Positions 37,070-45,790 of a DNA stretch of 52,480 nucleotides are shown in pieces; positions within the stretch are counted from its first letter, which is position 1; every line of letters starts with the position of its first letter. The position numbers and the translations under genes were made by a program. This stretch comes from an uncultured Nitrososphaeria archaeon. GTDB lineage: Archaea > Thermoproteota > Nitrososphaeria_A > Caldarchaeales > Calditenuaceae. The stretch lies in the NCBI GenBank assembly GCA_964440295.1, contig CAYTRT010000002.1:1-52480 (forward strand). The letters are read 5' to 3'. The notes beneath the pieces were generated by a model. It was not told where the DNA came from and ran no database searches. It saw only the letters and a list, made by a program, of their open reading frames with translations.

Positions 37070-37612
37070 ATGAATACAAGGATGCTAAGCATGATTATTG
37101 CGCTCTCAATACTGGGAATAGTCTTAGCACCATTTATATGGTTTAGCTTCCTCGGGACGAGGGCATTTCCCGGACAGCACTTCGTCAACACTTTAACAGG
37201 AGTATTAATCGGCCCTCTCTACGGCGTCTTGGTTCCAATTATCGTGGGAACGCTGAGAATAATGCTAGGCATCGGTACGGTATTTGCATACCCAGGAGGG
37301 ATACCCGGAGTGATAACTGTGGGACTAGCATATAAAATCACTAAGAGAAGTAAAAATCCCTTAATAAGATATGCATGTGCATTTGCAGAGCCTATTGGCA
37401 CGGTATTCATAGGCGGTACTTTATCCTTGCTAGTCGTAGCTCCATTAATGGGTGTAGAGTCACAACTAATACTCGTAAAACAGCATGGATTACTTGCTGG
37501 CTTACTTATATTTTGGGGAGGATGGGCCGCGAGCTCTGTGCCTGGAAGCATAATAGGATATTTCACCCTGATTATGCTGAGCAAAGCAATTCCACAATAC
37601 TTTGACAAGTGA
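37070..37612 (+). CDS. thiW: ThiW-like thiazole transporter S-component
   Basis: 180 aa, about 5-6 TM helices, a FPGQHFVNTLTGVLIGP motif, and thiamine gene context. Confidence 0.6.
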   Translation: MNTRMLSMIIALSILGIVLAPFIWFSFLGTRAFPGQHFVNTLTGVLIGPLYGVLVPIIVGTLRIMLGIGTVFAYPGGIPGVITVGLAYKITKRSKNPLIRYACAFAEPIGTVFIGGTLSLLVVAPLMGVESQLILVKQHGLLAGLLIFWGGWAASSVPGSIIGYFTLIMLSKAIPQYFDK

Positions 37613-38190
37613 TAAAAATGAGTGATGAGATAAACATATCTAGATTTTTAGGAAAAAAGACGTTGATAATAGGCGAGGTCGGCTCAGGTAAGACGAGACT
37701 TCTGATAAGTATTTTGAGAAATTTTATTTCAGAGGGATTATCGAGCAAGATAACGGTCATCGACATGGCTCCGCCCAGAATGCTAGATATTGGTGGAAGA
37801 ATAATAGACCATGACTCACAACTATGCTCGATGGTTCGCTACCTTTACTCAGATGAGATAAGACCTGCTAGGTTGTTGGGAAAGTCAGCCGAAGAGGTGA
37901 TGAAGATCGCGACCAATAATGCTAAAATCATTGATAAATTAATTGAAGAATACCTCTCAAACTCGACAGAAATTCTTATGATAAATGACTTAACCATATT
38001 CATCCACGCTGGAGATGGAAAGAAATTAAGCAGGGCCATAAAAGCTGCGACTACATTTGTTGGAACCGCATATGAGGGAATTAGGCTATCAGAAGATAAG
38101 GGCACAGGAATAACGATGAGGGAAAAGCAATACGTCTCAGAGCTCTTAAATACCGTTGACAACATTATCAAGCTTGATTTGACGAGGTGA
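37609..38190 (+). CDS. P-loop NTPase of unknown function
   Basis: Walker A GEVGSGKT and Walker-B-like ILMINDL. GTGA overlap with thiW. Its TGA is in frame with thiDN. Confidence 0.65.
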   Translation: MIKMSDEINISRFLGKKTLIIGEVGSGKTRLLISILRNFISEGLSSKITVIDMAPPRMLDIGGRIIDHDSQLCSMVRYLYSDEIRPARLLGKSAEEVMKIATNNAKIIDKLIEEYLSNSTEILMINDLTIFIHAGDGKKLSRAIKAATTFVGTAYEGIRLSEDKGTGITMREKQYVSELLNTVDNIIKLDLTR

Positions 38191-38196
38191 TGTGAT

Positions 38197-39564
38197 ATCA
38201 AACTTCCAAGAGCCCTGACAATCGCTGGGTCCGATTCAGGAGGAGGAGCGGGGATTCAGGCCGATCTCAAGACATTCGCAGCGCTGGGTGTGCATGGAAT
38301 GTCAGCCATCACCTCTATAACAGCACAAAACACCTACCAAGTGACTAAAATAATCGATTTGGACCCAGAAATGGTGGTAGAGCAGATTAGAGTATGCGTG
38401 GAGGATATTGGAGTAGATGCCATAAAAACAGGAATGCTTCACAAGAAAGAAACAATTATTGCAGTGAGCCAAGAGCTCTCTAGCCTGAAGGTACCCATAG
38501 TCGTTGACCCCGTGATGGTAGCTAAGAGCGGAGCTAAGCTTTTAGAAGACGAAGCAATAGAGGCGCTTAAGAAATACCTTATACCGATATCAACTGTCTT
38601 AACGCCTAACGCCAAGGAGGCAGAGGCGCTTACAGGAATACCAGTCACTGATCTCAAATCTCAGAGAAAAGCGGCGAAGATGCTTGCAGATCTGGGCGCG
38701 AGGGCAATTGTCGTGAAGGGTGGACATATATCCGGTTCAGAAGTAGTTGACCTACTTTACGTTGATGACGAATATTATGAGTACAAGTCAAATAGGCTAT
38801 CCGATAATACGACGCATGGGACAGGATGCGTCTTCGCTTCAGCGATTGCTGCAGAATTAGCTAAAGGAAGCAACATTAAAGACGCTGTATTGACCGCTAA
38901 AAACTTTGTAGCTGATGCAATAAGGTTTGGATTAGAGCTGGGAAAAGGGGTGGGACCAGTAAATCCAGTCTGGACTGTTTATCGTCAATCATCTCTCTAT
39001 AAAGCGATCGAGAGTGTGAGGAGAGCTGTCGAATTACTCGAACAACTTGACAATGCAGGAAGACTGTCGCCCGAGTCCATGATTAATATCGCCGAAGCGA
39101 TTCCTAATGCCCAAGACATTATGGACGTTGTAGGCATACCGGGTAGAATAGCCAAGGTTGGTAATAGGCTTAAGGCGAACTCCTGCCCATCTCCAGGCGG
39201 ATCAAGACACGTAGCGAACGCAGTCTTAACATTATCATCCATAAACCCTTCAATAAGAGCTGCTATGAACATTGCATACTCCGAGACGTTGATTGAGTTA
39301 GCTAAAAAAATCGGCCTATCTGTAAGTAGCTATGATAGGAGAGAAGAGCCCGAGGATGTTAAGAAAAAGGAGGGGATGACCATTATATGGGGAGTAAGAA
39401 GAGCCTACGAGTCAGCTGGAAGAATAACCGACCTAATTTACCACAAAGGTGATTGGGGAAAGGAGCCAATGATCTTGATAATAGGCAGAAATGCCGAAGA
39501 AGTAGTTGAAAAATTCAGTAAGCTATTAAAGGAATATATGCGTATTACTCAAAGCCAAGAATAA
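38197..39564 (+). CDS. thiDN: bifunctional ThiD (HMP/HMP-P kinase) + ThiN (thiamine-phosphate synthase) protein, ThiDN
   Basis: The conserved ThiD N-terminus ALTIAGSDSGGGAGIQADLKTF is encoded at 38212-38277. The first canonical start is only at GTG 38290, and ATC 38197 is a tentative start. The ThiN domain is in the C-terminal half (GIPGRI...GGSRHVANAV...AAMNIAY...GDWGKEPMILIIG). Confidence 0.8.
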   Translation: MKLPRALTIAGSDSGGGAGIQADLKTFAALGVHGMSAITSITAQNTYQVTKIIDLDPEMVVEQIRVCVEDIGVDAIKTGMLHKKETIIAVSQELSSLKVPIVVDPVMVAKSGAKLLEDEAIEALKKYLIPISTVLTPNAKEAEALTGIPVTDLKSQRKAAKMLADLGARAIVVKGGHISGSEVVDLLYVDDEYYEYKSNRLSDNTTHGTGCVFASAIAAELAKGSNIKDAVLTAKNFVADAIRFGLELGKGVGPVNPVWTVYRQSSLYKAIESVRRAVELLEQLDNAGRLSPESMINIAEAIPNAQDIMDVVGIPGRIAKVGNRLKANSCPSPGGSRHVANAVLTLSSINPSIRAAMNIAYSETLIELAKKIGLSVSSYDRREEPEDVKKKEGMTIIWGVRRAYESAGRITDLIYHKGDWGKEPMILIIGRNAEEVVEKFSKLLKEYMRITQSQE

Positions 39565-39815
39565 TATTAAGCTTGCTTGAGTAAATTTTATATTCAAACG
39601 AAAATATATTAATCACATTTTATAAAAAATGCCTGAACATTAACAAGCAGATATATGACTAATCTTTAGATATAAATGAAGCATTATTGACCACTACTAT
39701 AATATTTTTCCAATGTTTATGTAGACTGTTTACAACTATAACATAATTTTGAAAATCTACTTAATATATAAGCAGAGGTTTAAAGCTCAGATTGTTGTAA
39801 ATCTACTTCCAGCCC
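39565..39815. promoter_or_regulatory. long AT-rich non-coding region with repeated AAATCTACTT motif
   Basis: 251 bp without an ORF. AAATCTACTT occurs at 39753-39762 and 39799-39808. TATA-like TTAATATATAAG lies at 39761-39772, upstream of the ATG at 39816. Confidence 0.35.
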
Positions 39816-40961
39816 ATGACCAATTACGACGTAGTGATTATTGGTGGTGGCATAAGCGGTATCTGGACCGCTTATGTAGCAGCCAGCCGAGGGAAGAAAG
39901 TGGCGCTCATTGATCCATCACTCGGCTCCGGCGGCACCGGCAGATGCGCAGGAATACATACTACTCAGTTAGCATTAGAGATAGACGTGAAGCTTTCAAA
40001 AAGAAGCTTAGAGATGCTGGACGAGTTTACTGAAAAATATGAGTGCAGTGAAATTCGTGAGAAATGCGGTTTCTTGTCTGTGGAAGAGACTTGGATGGCA
40101 CGAGAGAGCAGCAAAACACTAGCTAGGCTGGGAGTTGCGCATATTTTGCTCAGTAAAGACGAGCTGAACAAACTTGTGCCAAACATAATCGTTAAAGATG
40201 AAGAATTGGGTGTCTATACTCCTGGCGATGTATTAATCAATATTTCATACCTGTATAGAGCCATGAGAAAGATACTAAGAGAACTCAATGTAGCAATTTA
40301 TGAGCAAGTCTTGATTAAAAAAGTCGAAGAAAAAGAAGGGTACGTAGTGGCTGTTAGGAGTAATAATCATGTAGAGTTAAAGGGAGATCATTATGTTTTT
40401 GCTGCCGGACCATGGAACAAGGATCTCCTCCGCTGTTCGGGAATATGGAGCCCACCAACGATCATATACATTTGTCAAGCCTTATCATTTTCAAGGCCCG
40501 CTGATATGAAGATTATTCCAACCTATTTTCAAGACTCGCATGTCTACCTTAGGCCAGAGGGCATTTCCCAGCTGATCGTGGGGAATGGCTACGCAAAGAT
40601 AGTAGAAGATCCCGATGATTACCCGGCAAGAGCGGAGCCTGAATACATCGAGGAAATATCAGAGAAGTTGTGCGAAAGATTGGTGGATCCTTCCCAGATA
40701 AGGTTTATAGGAGGTTGGTCAGGCCCGTGTAGCACAACACCAGATGGTTATCCGATGTTAGGAAAAATCCCCGGCCTCAAAAATGCATACATAATTGACG
40801 GCCTCGACGGCTATGGAATAATGAGAGCGCCCGCGATGGCTGAATTATTAATCCACGCAATATCTAAAGACGTAATGGATGATTTGCCTAGCGAGTTTGA
40901 CCCGGCGCGGTTTAACGGACTCAAAAACTTTGAACCTAAAGTCATAGAACTCCACTCATGA
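39816..40961 (+). CDS. FAD-dependent oxidoreductase (DAO / glycine-sarcosine oxidase-like)
   Basis: N-terminal YDVVIIGGGISGIWTAY dinucleotide fold and 381-aa DAO-family length. Confidence 0.75.
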   Translation: MTNYDVVIIGGGISGIWTAYVAASRGKKVALIDPSLGSGGTGRCAGIHTTQLALEIDVKLSKRSLEMLDEFTEKYECSEIREKCGFLSVEETWMARESSKTLARLGVAHILLSKDELNKLVPNIIVKDEELGVYTPGDVLINISYLYRAMRKILRELNVAIYEQVLIKKVEEKEGYVVAVRSNNHVELKGDHYVFAAGPWNKDLLRCSGIWSPPTIIYICQALSFSRPADMKIIPTYFQDSHVYLRPEGISQLIVGNGYAKIVEDPDDYPARAEPEYIEEISEKLCERLVDPSQIRFIGGWSGPCSTTPDGYPMLGKIPGLKNAYIIDGLDGYGIMRAPAMAELLIHAISKDVMDDLPSEFDPARFNGLKNFEPKVIELHS

Positions 40962-40962
40962 A

Positions 40963-41157
40963 TCATTTTTTTATCTTTTGCTGTTTTAATTTGATTAATA
41001 TTTCTCTTGCTTCCTCTGCAGATTTTACATGAGTAATTATATTTTCGTCGCTTATATTATTTAGTGACCCGCATTTATAACATCTAAAGGTTTTAGTCCC
41101 GGTTGTGACTCTGAGCTCGCCACATTTTGAGCATTTGACAATCAGGAATCTCTTCAT
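40963..41157 (-). CDS. small zinc-ribbon protein (DUF1922-like)
   Basis: 64 aa with CSKCG...CYKCG. Confidence 0.5.
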   Translation of the reverse strand: MKRFLIVKCSKCGELRVTTGTKTFRCYKCGSLNNISDENIITHVKSAEEAREILIKLKQQKIKK

Positions 41158-41229
41158 CGCTCCAATATGTTGTCCTCATGGTTTTGATATTTATGAGTAT
41201 TTTTTAGAAATGTAGAAATATGCCGGTCA

Positions 41230-43254
41230 GTGTTATGTGTGGTTGAAGCATTGGTGGATCTCCCAACTCCAATTAGGGACAATTATGGATTGATGCCGGC
41301 TGGGACCGAGCTAGTGATTTACTTAGTGTTGACACCATTCGTTTCAGTTTTTATCTATGGAGTCTATCTAAGAATAAAGTCATACGGAGGGATAGATGCA
41401 ATTAAATTTCTTACGAATTTTAGAATGATTGATTATTCATCTTTTTTGAGGAATGTACTGCTCCAGATAAAGATGGTAAAGGAGTTGTATAGTGGCTTCA
41501 TGCACGTCGCAATAATGTATGGAACAATAGTCTTGTTTATCGGGACGCTATTAATATTCATTGAGCATGACATTCTAAGATTCTTCGGGATTAAGATGCT
41601 GATGGGTAATTTTTACCTAATATACGAATTATTACTCGACCTGTTTGGATTACTATTCATCATTGGGCTTGTACTAGCAATTAATAGGAGAATAGGATTC
41701 TCGAGGCTGAAAAGGCTAAGAAAAAAGAATGAATATACCGCGATTCTTGCTGGACTATTATTCATCGGCTTGACAGGCTTCATACTCGAGGGACTCAGAC
41801 TACTCATAAGCGATGTGTATTGGTCAAAATTTTCCTTCGTCGGATGGCTTATCTCAGAATTTTTTAGAGATGTTGGATTTGAAAAGTCGCTCGCCCACTC
41901 GACGTATCAAATTATTTGGTGGATCCATGCCTTGACAGTGTTCTCATTAGTAGCGTCCATCCCCTACACTACGTTGATCCATTCTTTCTTGGCCGCAATT
42001 AATGCTTCACAGGCACGTGTCAAAGAGCCCGGTACTTACTTACCCACTACTCCGTTTAGGCTTACTGAGCTCTCAGATACAGACCTCGAAGTAAAGATTG
42101 GCTATAAACGAATTGCTGAGCTCAGTCCTCTTCAGAAATTAGCCATAGATTCTTGCACAGACTGTGGAAGATGTGAAGAAGCATGTCCAGCCACTGCTTC
42201 TGGGACGCCTCTATCTCCGAGAAATCTAATTCAGAAACTGCGTCTTGAGTTGAGACGCTCACCCCTAGAGAACTTATTTGAGGCAGGCATACTCGGCATG
42301 AATGAAGTCTACGCATGTACCACTTGTGGAGCGTGTGTTTATTCTTGTCCTGCCTCAATCAATCCACTCGAGTATCTAATAGAGGCGCGCAGATCATTGG
42401 TCTCCGAGGGGAAGTTAGAGAGACAAATCATAAGATTGCTTACGAACCTCTCACGTATGAGGAATCCCTTCGGCCTCTCACGCGTCACTAAAGAAAATGT
42501 AATCAAAGAATTAAGATCGCTAGGCGCGAAAACACTCGATGAGTATCCAGAGGCCGAGTATCTGTACTGGCTCGGATGCATGGCTCTGTTCGATGAGAGG
42601 ATACGCAAAGTAGCTAAAAGCCTAATAAAAATAATGATTAAGTGCGGAGTGAGTTTTGCAATACTGGGTACAGATGAAGTATGTACTGGAGATCCAGCCC
42701 GTAGAGTTGGTGAAGAGGGAAGATACCAAGAACTCGCGTACCACAACCTCGAGATTCTAAAAAGATTTCCTAATAAGACAATATTAACGCACTGCCCTCA
42801 CTGTTATAATATATTCAAAAACGAGTATAGAGACCTAGGAGTAGAGTTGAGGGTGATTCACCACACTGAGCTACTAGCCGTGCTTGTCACAAGTGGCAAG
42901 TTAAAACCACCAACAAACGGTGCTAAACTGACTCTCCACGATTCTTGCTACCTTGCACGATATAATAAGATAATAAATGAGCCGAGAACCGCGCTTTCTG
43001 GCACCAACCTATTAGAGATGAAACATCACGGCATGGATACTTTTTGCTGTGGTGGTGGCGGAGGCAACTATTGGTACAAGGTGAAGAGAATTGAGAGAGA
43101 AAGTGTTCTGAGGATTAAAGAAGCGATCCAGGCAGGCGCAGAGGTCCTAGTCGTTGAGTGCCCCTACTGCCTCGCAATGCTTGAAGATGCTGCTAAGTCT
43201 ACAGAAAATAAAATAAGGGTTTTAGATATTGCTGAAGTGTTCGAGAATGACTAA
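41230..43254 (+). CDS. membrane-bound Fe-S oxidoreductase: NarI/HdrE-like membrane domain + 2x[4Fe-4S] + two CCG domains (HdrD/DsrK/GlpC-like)
   Basis: N-terminal TM helices with His residues (MHVAIMYG, WWIHALTVF, LIHSF). Ferredoxin motifs CTDCGRCEEACP and CTTCGACVYSCP. CCG domains YWLGC...VCTGD and HDSCY...FCCGGGGG. Confidence 0.8.
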   Translation: MLCVVEALVDLPTPIRDNYGLMPAGTELVIYLVLTPFVSVFIYGVYLRIKSYGGIDAIKFLTNFRMIDYSSFLRNVLLQIKMVKELYSGFMHVAIMYGTIVLFIGTLLIFIEHDILRFFGIKMLMGNFYLIYELLLDLFGLLFIIGLVLAINRRIGFSRLKRLRKKNEYTAILAGLLFIGLTGFILEGLRLLISDVYWSKFSFVGWLISEFFRDVGFEKSLAHSTYQIIWWIHALTVFSLVASIPYTTLIHSFLAAINASQARVKEPGTYLPTTPFRLTELSDTDLEVKIGYKRIAELSPLQKLAIDSCTDCGRCEEACPATASGTPLSPRNLIQKLRLELRRSPLENLFEAGILGMNEVYACTTCGACVYSCPASINPLEYLIEARRSLVSEGKLERQIIRLLTNLSRMRNPFGLSRVTKENVIKELRSLGAKTLDEYPEAEYLYWLGCMALFDERIRKVAKSLIKIMIKCGVSFAILGTDEVCTGDPARRVGEEGRYQELAYHNLEILKRFPNKTILTHCPHCYNIFKNEYRDLGVELRVIHHTELLAVLVTSGKLKPPTNGAKLTLHDSCYLARYNKIINEPRTALSGTNLLEMKHHGMDTFCCGGGGGNYWYKVKRIERESVLRIKEAIQAGAEVLVVECPYCLAMLEDAAKSTENKIRVLDIAEVFEND

Positions 43255-43987
43255 CTCACTGATCGATGAAAAACAAATTATCAGAATGCTTGTTTGGAAA
43301 AGATTAGAGGATAGCGGAGTAGCGGAGTTTCCCAAGCCCATCATAGGTAGGATTCCTAACTTTATTGGAGCTGAAGCTGCCGCCGATTTACTTTGCGGTC
43401 ATAGTATCTATCGAGATGCAAGAGTCATTAAGGTGAGCCCAGATTCTCCTCAAAGACATGTTAGGAAAAGATGTTTAATGGATGGAAAATTGTTAATCGT
43501 TCCTACGCCTAGGATCAGGGATGGCTTTCTGATGATTGATCCTCAGAAAGTTCCTAGGAGCCAATTAGATTTTGCCTGCACAATTAAGGGCAGCTATCAC
43601 TTCGGCCAAAAGATACGGCCAGAGGATATCCCAGAGGTCGATCTAATCGTAATTGGTTCAGTAGCCGTTACGAAGGATGGATGGCGCCTAGGTAAGGGTG
43701 AAGGATACTCTGAGATCGAGTACGCAGTCTTAAGGATGCTTAACAAGGTCGACGAAGACACTCCGATAGCAACAACTATTCATCACCTACAATTAGTGGA
43801 GAGAGTTCCCCGCGAAGTATTTGACGTCCCAGTTGACTTCATCTTCACTGAGGACAGAGTTTTAGAGGTCTCTCCACGAAACCCACGCCCTCTTGGGATT
43901 ATTTGGAGCCTGCTTCCTCCCAAGAAACTAAGAGAAATTCCAATACTTGGCGAGCTTAGAGAAAAGATGCGAGATAAAGCCTTATAG
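43247..43987 (+). CDS. 5-formyltetrahydrofolate cyclo-ligase family protein
   Basis: GRIPNFIGAEAAA, LIVPTPR, VDLIVIGSVAVTKDGWRLGKGEGYSEIEY. The ATG at 43247 overlaps the upstream stop. Confidence 0.65.
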   Translation: MTNSLIDEKQIIRMLVWKRLEDSGVAEFPKPIIGRIPNFIGAEAAADLLCGHSIYRDARVIKVSPDSPQRHVRKRCLMDGKLLIVPTPRIRDGFLMIDPQKVPRSQLDFACTIKGSYHFGQKIRPEDIPEVDLIVIGSVAVTKDGWRLGKGEGYSEIEYAVLRMLNKVDEDTPIATTIHHLQLVERVPREVFDVPVDFIFTEDRVLEVSPRNPRPLGIIWSLLPPKKLREIPILGELREKMRDKAL

Positions 43988-44020
43988 TAAAATTACCGAT
44001 ATCTATGAATACCTAGGGAC

Positions 44021-44809
44021 GTGAGTATGCTTAACATACATGTATGCGTAAAGCAGTCAATAGACATTAATACGCTTGAATTTGATCCGGATACGCTTAG
44101 GCCATTGGTTGAGAATGCGGAATATAGGGTCGGCGATGCTGACTTGAATGCTGTTGAAGAGGCAGTTCGAATAAAAGAGAAAATGGGTGGAAAGGTTAGC
44201 CTTCTATGCGTGGGCTCTGATGTCAGGACAGCAGTCCTGAAGGAGGCAATGGCTATCGGCGCAGACGATGCCTACGTCGTAAGCGACCCATTGCTGAGAA
44301 ATGCAGATCAGTGGGTTTATGCAAACGTCTTAGCATCCCTCTCTAAGCGATTAGGAATTCCAGACATTATTCTTTGTGGTGAGTCATCCCTCGACGATGG
44401 GGCGTACCAAGTCGGTCCTAGACTCGCTGAGGAGCTCGATCTACCCAGCATAACACACGCAGTTAAGATAGAGTTTAGAGATGGAGTAATTATTGTCGAG
44501 CGCGCTGTCGAAGACGGCGTCGAAGTTTTAGAGACGGGGCTTCCCGCGGTGATCTCTGTGGGCCTTGAGATTAATACGCCTAGGCTTCCAAGCCTACTGA
44601 TGATTAGAGCGGCATCAAGAAAACCAATAAATTTTGTCAGCATACAGGAGCTCGGCTTGACTAGCGATAAACTGACAAGCCGGTCTAGAATGGTTGAAGT
44701 GAAGGCCGTTAAGACTCAACGTAAAAATATAGTCTTGACGGGCAACTTAGAGGAGATCGCATCTAAAGTTGTATCAATAATTAGATCTGAAGCGATGATG
44801 AATAAATGA
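44021..44809 (+). CDS. etfB: electron transfer flavoprotein beta subunit
   Basis: Typical N-terminus IHVCVKQSID, DLNAVEEAVRIKE, and the ILCGESSLDDGAYQVGPRLAEELDLP motif. Confidence 0.88.
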   Translation: MSMLNIHVCVKQSIDINTLEFDPDTLRPLVENAEYRVGDADLNAVEEAVRIKEKMGGKVSLLCVGSDVRTAVLKEAMAIGADDAYVVSDPLLRNADQWVYANVLASLSKRLGIPDIILCGESSLDDGAYQVGPRLAEELDLPSITHAVKIEFRDGVIIVERAVEDGVEVLETGLPAVISVGLEINTPRLPSLLMIRAASRKPINFVSIQELGLTSDKLTSRSRMVEVKAVKTQRKNIVLTGNLEEIASKVVSIIRSEAMMNK

Positions 44810-45753
44810 TCACCGCAATAATATTCATGGATGATTGGTCATTCGTCCATGAACTCTTATCCACCTGCAGAGCGCTTGGACTAGATAATCTATTGATATT
44901 TAGCCCTGAGGAATTGGTCGACGTTGAAAAGGCAAGCACATATGGAGCGAGCGAGATAATTTCCTATAGGTCGCCGCCGATTCCCACATGTATCTCTCGG
45001 TTATTGATTCAGGTGGTCTCTGAGAGACGTCCCAGAATCGTTGTCGGATTGGCGAGAAAGAATGTTAGAGAAATCTTTGGAAGGGCTGCTCAGAGATTAG
45101 CCGCGTCTTGCGCGAACAACTGCACCGATATCGAGCTTGTGGGAGACGCCGTTAGGATACGCAGGCCTGTCTTAGGAGGGGGATACGTAGCTGTCCAAGA
45201 GTTGGCCGGCTCGCCGGTCTTCGTCACCCTTCGACCAGATGCTTTCAAACTCTTGCCCAATAACTCGGCTAAAAAACCGGTGATAACGTCAATTGACATG
45301 ACGCTCAAGGGTTGGGAGATCAGGATAATTGATAGGAGATTATCGGAAAAAAGCCGTGTTGACTTATCAGTGGCTGAGAGGGTCGTCGGGGTTGGCAGAG
45401 GCTTCAGAAAGAAAGAAGATCTAGAATTGGCCGAGGAACTAGCTGAGCTAATATGCGCGGAGGTTGGATGCAGTAGGCCGATATCCAGCGACCTGAAGTG
45501 GCTGCCTGAAGATAGACATATTGGACTCTCTGGAAAATGGATACGACCAAAGCTATACATAGCAATCGGCATATCTGGACAAATACAGCACGTTGTGGGT
45601 GTAAAAAACGCAAAAACGATACTGGCCATAAATAATGACCCAAACTCGCCCATTCATAGGGAGGCGGACTACTCCGTAATTGCCGATCTCTACGAGTTCC
45701 TGCCAGTACTGATTAGAAGACTAAGAGAAGAAATGGGCAAAGAGCGGAGATAA
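44806..45753 (+). CDS. etfA: electron transfer flavoprotein alpha subunit
   Basis: C-terminal FAD motif PKLYIAIGISGQIQHVVGVKNAKTILAINNDPNSPI. ATGA overlap with etfB. Confidence 0.88.
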   Translation: MITAIIFMDDWSFVHELLSTCRALGLDNLLIFSPEELVDVEKASTYGASEIISYRSPPIPTCISRLLIQVVSERRPRIVVGLARKNVREIFGRAAQRLAASCANNCTDIELVGDAVRIRRPVLGGGYVAVQELAGSPVFVTLRPDAFKLLPNNSAKKPVITSIDMTLKGWEIRIIDRRLSEKSRVDLSVAERVVGVGRGFRKKEDLELAEELAELICAEVGCSRPISSDLKWLPEDRHIGLSGKWIRPKLYIAIGISGQIQHVVGVKNAKTILAINNDPNSPIHREADYSVIADLYEFLPVLIRRLREEMGKERR

Positions 45754-45790
45754 TAGCCAACGTCTTGATCACAACCATAAATTATAGAAG

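Noticed and set aside
39565-39815. A replication origin in the long AT-rich spacer.
   Set aside because: There are no ORB-like long inverted repeats and no adjacent cdc6/orc1 gene. A promoter/operator reading is simpler.
45090-45653. A long antisense ORF (187 aa) inside etfA. Similar shadow ORFs include 20762-21220 in hypD, 22950-23399 in hypE, 8536-8973 in thrC, 47748-48320 in pheT, 42339-42746, and 10147-10818 opposite the Mrp ATPase.
   Set aside because: Each is fully contained in, and antisense to, a gene with strong family motifs. Their translations are Ser/Pro/Leu-rich with no recognisable domains. They are typical shadow ORFs.
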